Positions 10,475 to 21,514 are shown, numbered from the stretch's first letter. The stretch: DNA of 64,000 nucleotides from Opitutales bacterium (GCA_963692525.1 OY829953.1:520380-584379); one strand, 5' to 3'. The notes: generated by a model from the letters alone, not told the origin. Program-made: numbers and translations.

Positions 10475-11137
10475 TTATCTTCGAGATAGCGCGATAAGAT
10501 AGAGGAGGTTGCCCAGGGACGCGATAAATGCAGCGACATAGGTAAATCCTGCAGCATCCAAAGTTTTACTTACTCCGGGAATTTCAGATTGATCAATAAT
10601 ACCGAGACCAGGTAATTGGGCTTTAGCGCGTTTGCTCGCGTCAAACTCTACGGGCAGCGTAACTAATTGAAAGACGGTCAATACGAGATACACCATGATG
10701 CCCAGTTTAATGAGACCAAGAATGCCGAAGAATAATCCTCCAATAATAACGAACGGCAGTAATTGTGAAGAAATGTTAGTTATTGGAATCAGAGCCATCC
10801 GCAATTTAAGCGCTTTGTATCCTACATTGTGTTGTATAGCATGACCGGCCTCATGTGCCGCAACGCCCAACGCTGCCAGACTGGTACCTCTGTAATTCTC
10901 TTCACTCAGTGCCAGTCGTTTGTGAGTGGGATCGTAATGATCAGTTAAATGCCCGCGAATAGCCACGATACTAACATCATTAACTCCAGCACTTCGCATC
11001 ACGTAGTCGGCGGCCTCGCGACCGGTTACACGACCTCGCGATTGCACTTGAGAATACTTTTTATAGGTTCTCGCTACTTTCGATTGTGCCCACATTCCAA
11101 TTATTATTGGAATAATAATGAATATGAGAAAATTCAT
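10475..11137 (-). CDS. Putative membrane zinc metallopeptidase (YugP/Zn_peptidase_2 family)
   Basis: LTDHYDP, AAHEAGHAIQ (HExxH), TLPVEFDASKRA. Confidence 0.9.
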   Translation of the reverse strand: MNFLIFIIIPIIIGMWAQSKVARTYKKYSQVQSRGRVTGREAADYVMRSAGVNDVSIVAIRGHLTDHYDPTHKRLALSEENYRGTSLAALGVAAHEAGHAIQHNVGYKALKLRMALIPITNISSQLLPFVIIGGLFFGILGLIKLGIMVYLVLTVFQLVTLPVEFDASKRAKAQLPGLGIIDQSEIPGVSKTLDAAGFTYVAAFIASLGNLLYLIALSRR

Positions 11138-11247
11138 CTTTTATTAATTTTATAAATTAACATTGGATTTTAATACAATCTGATCACCATTTCCTGCAAG
11201 TCAAGTCGAAGATTCTATGGGTAAAAAGAATTGAAGGGTAACTTCCC

Positions 11248-13371
11248 TCACGCTAAATCATCTCTTATAAGGAGGGCACTAAGTTCGGGATCACGTCCCA
11301 TAAAATCTTTAAACAGTTTGGATGGATTTTCCGCATTTCCTTTACTGAGGATTTTTTCTTTAAACTCATGACCCACCTTCGGATTGAGGACACCTTCTTT
11401 TTTAAAGCGCGTAAAGGCATCCGCATCGAGCACTTCGGCCCATTTATAAGAATAATATCCAGAGGCATACCCTAGACTGCTCGCAAATAAATGCGTGAAT
11501 CTCCTGATGATAGAAGGCGGTGTCGTTTTACTTGGTGGATTATAATCGACAAGCATCTCGTTGAGAATGGCATCGAGGTCGCCACCGAAAAATTTTGAAT
11601 AGTTCATGTGCAGTTCTAAATCCATTTTGCCAAATGACAATTGGCGCATCATTTGACGCGCTGCTTGAAAGTTTCGCGCCCGTTTCATTTTTTCAAAAAG
11701 CTCATCAGGTATTTTCTCTTCAGTTACATAATGTTGCGCAAAGAAATCGAGACTTTCGCGTTCCCAACACCAGTTTTCCATTATTTGTGATGGTAATTCG
11801 ACAAAATCCCATGCGACATTAGTCCCATTCATTGATTTGATTTCCACCTCACCCAGGGTATGATGTAAGAGGTGACCAAATTCATGAAAGATAGTACTTA
11901 CTTCGTCATGAGTTAGAAGCGCAGGTTTATCGCCGACCGAAGGAGTAAGGTTTCCGCAGATGAGTCCGAGATGCGGATCGCGTCTATTATCGCTCTTATT
12001 AATTTGACCTGTGATAAATGAATTCATCCAGGCACCGCTTCGCTTTGGTTCACGCGGGTGCCAGTCTGCATAAAAAGATCCTAGATGTCGTTTATCCTGG
12101 TCGAAGACGTCATAATATTTTACTTCAGGATGCCAAACTTCTATTGGTTTTCCCCATGGAGGAAAAGTATCAGGATTAATATTTTTATTATTATCGCTCC
12201 CTTCAACATATATAACCTCTCGTTCACTAATTTTTATCCCAAAAATTTTTTCAGCGATTGAAAACATTCCGTTAATAACAGGGTCGATAGAAAAATAAGG
12301 CCGGAGATCTTCCTCATCAAAATCATATCTTTCTCTTCTTAGTTTTTCCGACCAATAGGCAACCTCCCAGGGCTCGAGATGCTCCTGTGATCTTCCAGTT
12401 TTTTGCGCTTTAAATATTTCCAGCTCTTCACACTCTTTGTCAAAAGCAACTTTTATTCGACGATGTAAATCATCTACAAAGCCAAGCGCGGTAGCACCAT
12501 TTTTAGTCATTCGCCGCTCGAGGACTAAATCAGCAAAGTAATTTTTCCCCAGGAGCTTCGCTTTTTCCTCTCGCAGTTCCAGACATTTCCAAATGAGATC
12601 ATCGTTTTTATAGGGTGAGGAATTGCCAATTCCTGTTGACGCTTCCCAGAGTTTTTTTCGGATACTATCATTTTCCAAATACTTCAATGCGGGGAGAAAC
12701 GAAGGATAGTGTAATGTGAACCTCCATCGAGGTTCTTCTTCAGAGCCGAAACCTTTTTTCAACGCATCGAGGCGCGCTGCTTCTTTTGCTGTGGGAGGCA
12801 ATCCTTCAAGCAATAACTCATCATCTAATACGAGCTCATAGGCGTTTGTAGAGTCTAGGACATTTTCCGAATACTTTTGCGTAATTTGCGCCAGCTCTTT
12901 TTCCAAATCTTCGAAACGATTCTTTAAATCAATATAAAGATCCGCTCCCTGTTCGCGAAATTCTGCCAGCGTCTCTTCAAGAAAACGTTTTTCTACGTCT
13001 GTTAATTTATTAACTTCATTGCTTTGAGATAAATTTTTAAGAATCGACCACAATTCGGCATTGAGAGGAATTCTCGCATAGAATTCAGATACTTGAGGTA
13101 ATAGTTCATTATATACCTCTCTGAGTTCTGGTGAATTACACACCGCATCCAGATGGTTCACAACCCCCCAAGCCAGGTCAACCCCTTCAGTGGCTTTTTC
13201 GAGCGCAAGAAAACTGCTTCCAAAAGTTACCTGCTCATTATCCTGGCTGCTAATGTCATCTATATTCTTTTGCGCCTCCATTAAGGCCTCTTCAATTCCA
13301 GACTTCACAAAATCTGTTTTTAATAGTGACCAATGAATATCAAACGTTATGTCGAGAAATGGGTTTTTCAT
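11248..13371 (-). CDS. prlC: Oligopeptidase A (M3 family)
   Basis: FHEFGHLLH, WDFVELPSQIMENW, GYYSYKWAEVLDADAF. Confidence 0.92.
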   Translation of the reverse strand: MKNPFLDITFDIHWSLLKTDFVKSGIEEALMEAQKNIDDISSQDNEQVTFGSSFLALEKATEGVDLAWGVVNHLDAVCNSPELREVYNELLPQVSEFYARIPLNAELWSILKNLSQSNEVNKLTDVEKRFLEETLAEFREQGADLYIDLKNRFEDLEKELAQITQKYSENVLDSTNAYELVLDDELLLEGLPPTAKEAARLDALKKGFGSEEEPRWRFTLHYPSFLPALKYLENDSIRKKLWEASTGIGNSSPYKNDDLIWKCLELREEKAKLLGKNYFADLVLERRMTKNGATALGFVDDLHRRIKVAFDKECEELEIFKAQKTGRSQEHLEPWEVAYWSEKLRRERYDFDEEDLRPYFSIDPVINGMFSIAEKIFGIKISEREVIYVEGSDNNKNINPDTFPPWGKPIEVWHPEVKYYDVFDQDKRHLGSFYADWHPREPKRSGAWMNSFITGQINKSDNRRDPHLGLICGNLTPSVGDKPALLTHDEVSTIFHEFGHLLHHTLGEVEIKSMNGTNVAWDFVELPSQIMENWCWERESLDFFAQHYVTEEKIPDELFEKMKRARNFQAARQMMRQLSFGKMDLELHMNYSKFFGGDLDAILNEMLVDYNPPSKTTPPSIIRRFTHLFASSLGYASGYYSYKWAEVLDADAFTRFKKEGVLNPKVGHEFKEKILSKGNAENPSKLFKDFMGRDPELSALLIRDDLA

Positions 13372-13459
13372 ATTTTAATTAAAAAATTTTTATCCGATTT
13401 GAGAACCGTCTACCTTTAAGATTCATTTTAATCTTATTTGCCATTTAAATACACCCCAC

Positions 13460-14341
13460 TCAGTCTACCATGCACTCGTCAGATTCAATAAAGTTTCTGG
13501 ATTTCCTTAATGAATCAGGGGTGTTGCCCGCTTCACGTAGTTTTCTTAAACTGAGAGCATCATGACGTTTTGCCAACCTTTCACCACGATCATCACAGAG
13601 CAAAGGGCAATGATAATAAGCGGGTGGCGACCAATTCAAGGCACGGTAGAGCAAAAGCTGACGTGCAGTGGAGAGCAATAAATCTTCACCTCTTACGACT
13701 TCTGTAATACCCATATTTTGATCATCAGCCACAACGGCCATTTCATAGGATGGGAATCCATCTTTTCGCCAGACAATAAAATCCCCGAAATCTTTTCCGG
13801 CGGTAAATCTCACATTTCCGACGCGATAATCAATAAAATTGACCGAATTACCATCGGGGACCCGGAAACGCCAATTGGTCTTTCCCGGACCTGAGATAGA
13901 TTTTACTGATATTTCGGGCGGCCGCAGCTGGGGTGGATAAACCGGTTCAGTTTCACCTGCGTGAGGCGCACTAAGGGCGTTAAGAACGTCTTTGCGAGAG
14001 TGGGAACACGGATAAATTACCCCAAGTTTATAGAGTTTTTCCCAAACGTTTAAATAATGAGGAATTCGCTGACTTTGAATATAGGGTATATGTTTACCGC
14101 CAATATCAGGTCCTTCATCCCATTTAAACCCAAACCATCGCAAATCTTCGATCATCGCATTGACATATTCTGGTTTGCAACGCGCGTAGTCTATATCTTC
14201 ATTTCGAAAAATGAGAGCCCCCTGTGACTTACGAGCGCGCATCTGGGCCATCCAAAAAGTTCGCGCATGTCCCAAATGAAGATAACCAGATGGAGTAGGT
14301 GCGATTCTCCCTCGGTATGTATCTCTTTGCGGTATGGTCAC
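13460..14341 (-). CDS. gluQ: Glutamyl-Q tRNA(Asp) synthetase
   Basis: RIAPTPSGYLHLGH, VVRGEDLL, RLAKR; catalytic domain only (293 aa). Confidence 0.88.
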   Translation of the reverse strand: MTIPQRDTYRGRIAPTPSGYLHLGHARTFWMAQMRARKSQGALIFRNEDIDYARCKPEYVNAMIEDLRWFGFKWDEGPDIGGKHIPYIQSQRIPHYLNVWEKLYKLGVIYPCSHSRKDVLNALSAPHAGETEPVYPPQLRPPEISVKSISGPGKTNWRFRVPDGNSVNFIDYRVGNVRFTAGKDFGDFIVWRKDGFPSYEMAVVADDQNMGITEVVRGEDLLLSTARQLLLYRALNWSPPAYYHCPLLCDDRGERLAKRHDALSLRKLREAGNTPDSLRKSRNFIESDECMVD

Positions 14342-14567
14342 AATCGTTTAATTTTTTAATCAAGTTATCTGAATAGAAAAACGCAATTCCCCCATTTTGT
14401 TAAAAACTTGCCCTTGATAAATAAAATATTATAACAAAGTCTAATATTGGTATTTCGCAGCCTTTAATGCAAAGGCTGAATCACGATAACAAAAAGCAGT
14501 AGAACACCCTTATACTGTAATTGTTAATAATACCATTCATCGAATAGACTACCCGATTATTTAATTT

Positions 14568-15821
14568 ATGGATTCAAATACGAGTGTAACAGGACCCTCT
14601 AAAAGTGTCACTCAATTTTCCGAACTGGGATTATGTGAAACTGCTCTGAAGGGAGTTGACTCCCAGGGCTACACCGAACCTACCGCGGTACAGGCTCAAG
14701 CTATTCCCTTAATTCTCAAGGGAAAAGATTTAATTGCTGGTTCACATACCGGGACGGGCAAGACCGCTGCATTTGCACTGCCTATACTCTCCCTATTAAA
14801 AAAGCATGGCGCCTGTCGATGCCTGGTGCTCGAACCCACTCGTGAACTCGCTGCTCAAGTTAGAGATGCATTCGTCGCCTATGGGAAATTTTTTGATATC
14901 GAAGTCTCCCTCATCCATGGGGGTGTTGGTTATGGACGTCAACTGGATGAACTTAAAAGCGGTGTCGATATTATTGTCGCAACGCCGGGCAGGCTTCTCG
15001 ACCACCTTGAACAAAAAGCAGTTAATTTAAAAAAAATAGATTTTCTCGTCCTCGATGAGGTCGATCGAATGCTTGATATGGGATTTTTACCAGATGTCCG
15101 TCGAATAATCAGGCACTGTTCCCTCAAAAGACAAAGTCTTCTTTTTTCGGCAACCGTACCATCGGAGATAAAACGTCTTGCGAAATGGGTATTGCATGAA
15201 CCTGAGCATGTTAATATCGGGGGTGGTTTTTCCACTGCCGAAACAATTAACCACACCCTTTACCCGGTGGATGATCGACAAAAATTTGATCTTTTATTGG
15301 CGTTATTAGAGAAGACCGATTTTCATAGTGTCCTTATTTTCAGCCGGACTAAAGCGGGAGCGGAAATAATCGCGCGATGGTTAAACGCGGCAAATCATTC
15401 TGTGGTATCGCTTCACTCAGATCGCTCACAGAAAGAACGCGACAACGCTTTACAGGGTTTCAAGTCCGGAAAATACGAAGTATTAGTGGCAACCGACATT
15501 GTTGCCCGCGGTATTGATATCAGTACCGTCAGCCATGTGATAAACTATGATATCCCGCAAAATCCAGAAGATTATGTCCACCGCATTGGTCGTACTGGCC
15601 GAGCAAATAATGAAGGTGATGCGATGACAATTTACTGTCCTGGCGAGCAAGATTTCCTTCGCGCGATTGAACGTTTTATTGAACAAGAGATACCGAAAGT
15701 AAAGATTGAGGGATTTGATTATAATTATATCCCGTTTCTCGAAGAAAAGAAGAATTTACCCAAACGACGTAATCGCGGATATAATTCCACAAAAAAGATC
15801 CCGGGTAACCGGCGCCGCTAA
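14568..15821 (+). CDS. DEAD-box RNA helicase (RhlE-like)
   Basis: Q motif, TGTGKT, PTRELA, TPGRL, DEVD, SAT, ARGID, HRIGRTGR. Confidence 0.93.
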   Translation: MDSNTSVTGPSKSVTQFSELGLCETALKGVDSQGYTEPTAVQAQAIPLILKGKDLIAGSHTGTGKTAAFALPILSLLKKHGACRCLVLEPTRELAAQVRDAFVAYGKFFDIEVSLIHGGVGYGRQLDELKSGVDIIVATPGRLLDHLEQKAVNLKKIDFLVLDEVDRMLDMGFLPDVRRIIRHCSLKRQSLLFSATVPSEIKRLAKWVLHEPEHVNIGGGFSTAETINHTLYPVDDRQKFDLLLALLEKTDFHSVLIFSRTKAGAEIIARWLNAANHSVVSLHSDRSQKERDNALQGFKSGKYEVLVATDIVARGIDISTVSHVINYDIPQNPEDYVHRIGRTGRANNEGDAMTIYCPGEQDFLRAIERFIEQEIPKVKIEGFDYNYIPFLEEKKNLPKRRNRGYNSTKKIPGNRRR

Positions 15822-15849
15822 TCGATTATATTGGATGAGTTAATATAAC

Positions 15850-16149
15850 TCAGCCTTCTTCAAATTTACGGTTAAAAAGTTCTTCGATTTCTTGAAGCAA
15901 CTTAGTGGCATCAACACCATTAGCTGTAAAACGCAGTTTAGAGTTTTGACCGGCTGCTAACATCATTAAGCCCATGATGCTTTTACCGTTAACCTGTTCA
16001 TCTTCTTTTTCCACATTAACATTGGCATCATATTTATTCGCGATGCGCACGATCATCGCCGCTGGACGGGCATGAATACCTAATTCATTCTGAACGATGA
16101 GAATTCGCTCGTGAGTATCGGCGTCAGGTTGGGATTTTTCTTTATCCAT
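15850..16149 (-). CDS. ptsH: Phosphocarrier protein HPr
   Basis: GIHARPA and GKSIMGLMML motifs. Confidence 0.93.
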   Translation of the reverse strand: MDKEKSQPDADTHERILIVQNELGIHARPAAMIVRIANKYDANVNVEKEDEQVNGKSIMGLMMLAAGQNSKLRFTANGVDATKLLQEIEELFNRKFEEG

Positions 16150-16165
16150 TCAATTTCAGATAAGC

Positions 16166-17905
16166 TTATACAGTTTCAGGAATCAAATCCTGTTGTGCGC
16201 GCCATAACTGGGCATATTGGCCATCCTGTTCCAAAAGTTTAGTATGATTACCGCGTTCAATAATTCTTCCATGATCAAGGACAACGATATGATCTGCTCG
16301 TCTCACCGTTGAAAGACGATGGGCAATGATGAGAACGGTGCGATTTTCAATGAGCAGATCCAATGCTTCTTGAATCGCTTGCTCGGTAATGCTGTCTACA
16401 CTTGACGTGGCTTCATCGAGAATAATCAAGGGGGGATTTTTTAAAAGCACACGAGCAATTGTTAGCCGCTGTTTTTCACCCATGCTCAGTCGAATACCGC
16501 GTTCCCCAATTGCCGTATTGATGCCATGGGGTAAACGAGATACAAACTCCCAACAGCGGGCACCTTTTAAAGCAGCTATGATTTCATCTTCTGTCGCATC
16601 CTCCCGTGCAAGACTTAAATTGTCTTTAACTGTGCCGTCAAAAAGAAAGGGGTCTTGGGCAACAAATCCAATGTTACTGCGTAGCTCAGTAAGATTAATT
16701 GAGCGCACATCTACCCCGTTTATTTCTACCGACCCTTCATTTATATCATAGTAGCGCAAAAGTAAGTTCGCAACGGTACTTTTACCCGCTCCCGTATGCC
16801 CAACTAATGCCGTTACTTTACCCGCAGGTAAAATGAGATTGAGATCCTCGATAATTTCCTCGCGTTCTGGATAGGAAAAACAAGCGTCCTTGAAGCAAAC
16901 CTCAAGCAATCCCTCGGGAAATGGTTTAGGGTGTTTTGGATCCTGAATAATCAAAGGTTGGTCTAGAATATCGAATACACGGTCACCTGAAGCCTTTGCT
17001 GCACTGAGCATATGGTTGAGACCATTAAGGCGATTAACAGGTTCATAGAGCATGGAACAATACGCAAAAAAAGCGAGAAACTGGCCGAAACTAAAACCCG
17101 AATCTTGCATAAGCATGTAACCTCCCATCCCCACTACGGCAACAGTACCCAGACTGGAAAGGTAACTGGATAAAGGACTGTAGATTGACCAGCGAAACAT
17201 GGCGCGCAGACTATGCACACGTAAGTCTTCAGCTTGTGCGATAAATCGCTCATGTTCTCGCCCTCTCAGGGCAAAGGAATGAATGAGCCGATTCCCTTGT
17301 ATATCTTCAATGAGAATGCTATTTAACTCGCCGGCGGATTCCCTTACTTTTTTCCAGTTTCGCCTTGTTGCTTTAGCATGTTGCCAGGCAAGGAAAAGCA
17401 GCACCGGGACAGGTGCCATGACGAAAACTGCGAGTTTGGGTTCCATCAGAAAAAGCATCGCGGTAATGCCCACTATAGTGAGAATCGCTACACTCCCTTG
17501 TTCCGTCCCATCGAGCAGTCCTCTTTCAAGGATCTGTACATCTTCGATTACACGTGAAGCAACCTCACCACTTTTTCGACGGTCGTAAAAGGAGACGGGT
17601 AAATCCAATAATTTGGCGTGAAGATCGCGTCGTAGATCGAGCAGAACTTTTTGTTCTACGGTATTATTAACTCGAATGCGCAGGCAATTTAGTAACTCAC
17701 GGCCAAAGTAGCATACTACCACGAGCAACACCCCGTACCATAGATATTCAACCCGCCCAGATTTAATAATGTCGTCAAAGACCCATTGGATAATTCGCGG
17801 GACCGCAAGCAGGAAAAGCATACTTCCCAAAGCAAGACCGAGCGTTAGTCCAAAGAGGAACTTATAACGGAATAGATAGGCTGAAACACGCCAGATAATA
17901 TTCAT
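16166..17905 (-). CDS. ABC exporter, fused permease/ATPase (MsbA-like family)
   Basis: N-terminal TM domain; Walker A GHTGAGKST, signature LSMGE, Walker B IILDEATS, IIAHRLST. Confidence 0.9.
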   Translation of the reverse strand: MNIIWRVSAYLFRYKFLFGLTLGLALGSMLFLLAVPRIIQWVFDDIIKSGRVEYLWYGVLLVVVCYFGRELLNCLRIRVNNTVEQKVLLDLRRDLHAKLLDLPVSFYDRRKSGEVASRVIEDVQILERGLLDGTEQGSVAILTIVGITAMLFLMEPKLAVFVMAPVPVLLFLAWQHAKATRRNWKKVRESAGELNSILIEDIQGNRLIHSFALRGREHERFIAQAEDLRVHSLRAMFRWSIYSPLSSYLSSLGTVAVVGMGGYMLMQDSGFSFGQFLAFFAYCSMLYEPVNRLNGLNHMLSAAKASGDRVFDILDQPLIIQDPKHPKPFPEGLLEVCFKDACFSYPEREEIIEDLNLILPAGKVTALVGHTGAGKSTVANLLLRYYDINEGSVEINGVDVRSINLTELRSNIGFVAQDPFLFDGTVKDNLSLAREDATEDEIIAALKGARCWEFVSRLPHGINTAIGERGIRLSMGEKQRLTIARVLLKNPPLIILDEATSSVDSITEQAIQEALDLLIENRTVLIIAHRLSTVRRADHIVVLDHGRIIERGNHTKLLEQDGQYAQLWRAQQDLIPETV

Positions 17906-17981
17906 AGATTTAATGACAAATTAAACTTGATAGATTTTGGCTTGGCATACCTTAGATGTGCAACACATTATTTTATTAGCA

Positions 17982-18422
17982 ATGACAAAACCAGATACCG
18001 GTGAAGTCCTCTACGATCTACCCTCTCCTTATGTGCCCCATGCATGTGGACTCCTTCATTTACCTAGATTCATTGCCAAAATCCGCAAGCATCTAATAAA
18101 TGAGTTACCCCCTTCCTATCAAAGAAATTTTAAGCGTGGATTCGATGGCTTTCTTTGCCTTCATCTTGGAGTTGATCCCGAAGATATTGTCGAGGCTGTG
18201 CGGACAAGCAGGGATAACATCGAACTTGATGCCAAGTTAAAAGAGATACTCCCGGAAGATCTTCAGGTTTATAAGTGGAACCGGGAATTAATCCAAAAAG
18301 GCACGCGTGGCATGGGAAAAGAAAAACTCGAAGAAGTTAAAGCCGCTATGGGTATCCCGGACCGCGAGGATCTTCACTCATTCGCCGACATGATCGAGTT
18401 CGATGAAGACAGGATAGACTAA
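17982..18422 (+). CDS. DUF5069-like protein
   Basis: PSPY...GLLHLPRFIAKIR...GFDGFLCLHLGVD pattern; ATG 17982 preferred over TTG 17937. Confidence 0.65.
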   Translation: MTKPDTGEVLYDLPSPYVPHACGLLHLPRFIAKIRKHLINELPPSYQRNFKRGFDGFLCLHLGVDPEDIVEAVRTSRDNIELDAKLKEILPEDLQVYKWNRELIQKGTRGMGKEKLEEVKAAMGIPDREDLHSFADMIEFDEDRID

Positions 18423-18547
18423 TCGTGGTCATCTCACCTATGATTTAATTATTATTGGAAGAGGCATATACTCCGCTTGAACTTTTAGCGGGCTCTGAAA
18501 CCTGGTTCAGGATTGGTCTTTTCGCTCCAGGCGATTATGCGTTTCTC

Positions 18548-19495
18548 TCAGCGAGAATTGCTATTTTTGAATTTCCCACTTCGATACCGCGCTACTGATA
18601 ATGCCGCATAATTACCGATGTCGTCCCCTAATTCTGAAGATACCACGCTACAGTGCGAAATTGACTCAGGTAAACATTCTCTATTAACAGACGCCTCCAT
18701 TGAAGGGCGTATCAGCTCTTCACATCTCGCGAAGACACTACCAATAACGATTTTCTGAGGATTAAGGATATCAATAAGAATCGCTAACCCCCGGCCTAAG
18801 TATTCGCCGAATTGCTGAAAAAGCTTCAGCGCTTCAGGATCACCTTTTAAGGCTGCTTCGGCTACAATTTTAGTCGTAATTAAATTCTCATTACCGGAAT
18901 CAAATGAAGCTTCACCTTTCAATTCAACCGCCCTTTCTTTCGCCGCTTGTGCTAAACCACCCCCGCTGCACCAGCCTTCAAAGGAACCCGCCTTGCGATA
19001 ACCGATAGGGCCTTTATTACTAAGTCGCATGTGTCCCACTTCGCCGGCAAGACCCGAAGTGCCCTCATAGAGCCGATTATCGAGAATTAAACCCGCGCCC
19101 ATTCCTGTCCCACAGGTTAAAAATATCATATTGGAGGTACCGCGGCCCGCACCATAGATCCACTCCGCCAATGCACCGGCATTGGCATCATTCATGAGAT
19201 AAGCTGGCACGCGACACCGTTCGCTTAATTCTTTCACAATGGGAACATCGATCCATCCCGGAAGATTTGGCGGCTCTTGAATTAATCCCCGTTCTATATC
19301 CAGTGGTCCTCCGCACGCTATGCCAATAATTGTATCTTTTTCCTTAGCTAGCGTCCCTACCTTTTGATATATTTTACCCAACGTTTCATCCACACCTGTC
19401 GTTTTAAATTCATCCACATGATTCAAATGTCCATCCCCATCAGCAAAACAGACCGTTGATTTGGTGCCTCCTATATCAACTCCGATAATTGGCAT
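18548..19495 (-). CDS. ROK family sugar kinase
   Basis: GVDIGGTK, NDANAGALAE, GTGMGAG, GEVGH; no N-terminal HTH. Confidence 0.9.
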   Translation of the reverse strand: MPIIGVDIGGTKSTVCFADGDGHLNHVDEFKTTGVDETLGKIYQKVGTLAKEKDTIIGIACGGPLDIERGLIQEPPNLPGWIDVPIVKELSERCRVPAYLMNDANAGALAEWIYGAGRGTSNMIFLTCGTGMGAGLILDNRLYEGTSGLAGEVGHMRLSNKGPIGYRKAGSFEGWCSGGGLAQAAKERAVELKGEASFDSGNENLITTKIVAEAALKGDPEALKLFQQFGEYLGRGLAILIDILNPQKIVIGSVFARCEELIRPSMEASVNRECLPESISHCSVVSSELGDDIGNYAALSVARYRSGKFKNSNSR

Positions 19496-19819
19496 ATTAT
19501 TTGAGTATTATTTACATTTATTAAACACCCATGAATGCAGAGCAACCTTATATGAATTTAATTTTTCAAAAACTGTGAATATTCTTGGAATCTCAACTCA
19601 ATACTTCTAAGCCCTTAAATTATATTTTTCTTTCGAATTGAAAGCATTTAAATCCCAGTCTTAAAACCGAAATACATGATGCCCCTTATTGTAATATAAC
19701 TTGGAGATATAAATCATCCCTGCAATGCATCCACTAAATTTACCACCACCCTCGGTTAGAAATTTATACCCATTAACCAATTACCGTAAAAGAGGTAGCA
19801 CTAAAGGGACCGGTTAACG

Positions 19820-21058
19820 ATGGAGAGTGCAGAGAAAAGTGGTGGTCGTAAATCAATAAACCGCCCCATTATCGCCACCCTGATACTGGGATTTGCTGCA
19901 TTTTTTTTACTCGCTGGTTATGAATGTGCCCGCAGCGCATCAGTCTCGCTATACCTGGAAATTTATGGCGCTCATCTATTACCCGTTGTCCTGGTTCTTG
20001 GTCCCTTTGGAACATTAGTTATGCTTTACGGTTATGGCTGGCTGCTTTCTCGTTTTGGTGCCAAGCGCACCCTTTTATTTACCTCTCTCTTCTCTGGATT
20101 GGGTATTCTTGTTTGCTACCTCGCTATAATCTCTGGCAATAGACTGGCGGTAGGTGGGATTTATGTATTTCGCGAGGCCTATATTGTTCTTTTGATCGAA
20201 CAATATTGGTCGTTCATCAATAGCACCCTTAAATCTGATCAAGCGAAAAGATTTAACGGACTGATCTGTGGTATTGCTTCAATTGGCGCGATTCTCGGCG
20301 GATTGTTTGTCGGTCGGGCAGGCAACTGGCTAAGCACAGAGCATCTTCTTCTTTTCGCTGCTTTTTCCCTTCTCCCAGCTGCCCTCCTATCACTTCTCGC
20401 ATACAAGCTGGGTGGAGAACCCATGCCATCTTCGCTCGAACAGCAAAAGGGACAAGAGGTTCTTGCCCTCAATCTTTTTCGACGTAACCGGGATATCCTC
20501 TATATTGCTATGCTTGTCACTTTGACACAGGTAATAGCTACCGTTCTGGAATTACGATTTAATGGTATACTTGAAACGGAAATTCCGGTGATGGATACAA
20601 GAACTGCATACCTGGGGAATTTTTATGCCCTCCTCAACAGTGTAGCATTTACATTTCAATTTATATTCACCCCCATATTGCTTCGCTATTTTTCACTGCG
20701 TCATGTACATTTTGCGATTCCACTTCTACACTTAACGACATGCGTCATTCTGTTTTTCCATCCCTCCCTCCTTGCAGGTGCTGGCGCCTATCTACTTTTT
20801 AAAGCCATAGATTATTCAGTATTCCGAGCGGGTAAAGAAATACTCTATATTCCATTGCCTTTCGATGCCCGATTCCGGGCCAAGGAGTTAATAGACGCGT
20901 TTATCTATCGAGCTTCAAAGGGGGTAACTTCTGGTTTAATCGCCTCGGCCACCCTCCTGTTTGGAAGGTTACCGGGTGCTATCTACCCTTCCATTGCCAT
21001 AGTCTCAGCCACGGTCTGGCTTTATTTTATTCACCTTTTGACCCGAAATCGAAAATAG
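19820..21058 (+). CDS. TLC/NTT (ATP:ADP antiporter-like) family MFS transporter
   Basis: About 12 TM; YWSFINSTL...QAKRF and DYSVFRAGKEILYIPL...RFRAKELID pattern. Confidence 0.7.
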   Translation: MESAEKSGGRKSINRPIIATLILGFAAFFLLAGYECARSASVSLYLEIYGAHLLPVVLVLGPFGTLVMLYGYGWLLSRFGAKRTLLFTSLFSGLGILVCYLAIISGNRLAVGGIYVFREAYIVLLIEQYWSFINSTLKSDQAKRFNGLICGIASIGAILGGLFVGRAGNWLSTEHLLLFAAFSLLPAALLSLLAYKLGGEPMPSSLEQQKGQEVLALNLFRRNRDILYIAMLVTLTQVIATVLELRFNGILETEIPVMDTRTAYLGNFYALLNSVAFTFQFIFTPILLRYFSLRHVHFAIPLLHLTTCVILFFHPSLLAGAGAYLLFKAIDYSVFRAGKEILYIPLPFDARFRAKELIDAFIYRASKGVTSGLIASATLLFGRLPGAIYPSIAIVSATVWLYFIHLLTRNRK

Positions 21059-21139
21059 GTGAAATAATTTCGGATCCTCTGTTCAAAAAGATCACTCTAA
21101 TATCTGAGGGCAATCTGAATTTAGTATTCTGAATACAAT

Positions 21140-21514
21140 ATGACCTATCTTATTTTCGCTGAGAGTATTCTTTTAATTCATTTTGTTTTTATAATCTTCG
21201 CGGTCCTCGGCGGCATCTTAGTTTTAAAGTGGAAAAAGATCGCCTGGTTGCACCTGCCAACTGTCATCTGGGCGACCCTAATCGAATTCACTGGTTGGAT
21301 TTGTCCGCTGACACCACTGGAGAATTGGCTTCGCTTTCAGGGAGGGGAATCCGGCTATAGCTCTGGATTTATCGAATATTACATCCACCCTTTGCTCTAC
21401 CCCGAAATGCTTACGCGAAATTGGCAGCTCCTACTCGGAACATTGCTCTTAGGTTTAAATTTATTTATTTATCTACGGGCCTTCTACCGTCGCAGTGAAG
21501 ATCGGGTTCAGTAA
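21140..21514 (+). CDS. DUF2784 family membrane protein
   Basis: WLHLP, GWICPLTPLENWLR, GFIEYY...YP. Confidence 0.85.
   Translation: MTYLIFAESILLIHFVFIIFAVLGGILVLKWKKIAWLHLPTVIWATLIEFTGWICPLTPLENWLRFQGGESGYSSGFIEYYIHPLLYPEMLTRNWQLLLGTLLLGLNLFIYLRAFYRRSEDRVQ

Noticed and set aside
17546-17561. Second parS-like sequence
   Set aside because: Three mismatches to the consensus and inside a coding region.
16166-17905. Non-canonical ABC signature LSMGE as a novelty
   Set aside because: Signature variants are common in exporter families, and all other motifs are intact.
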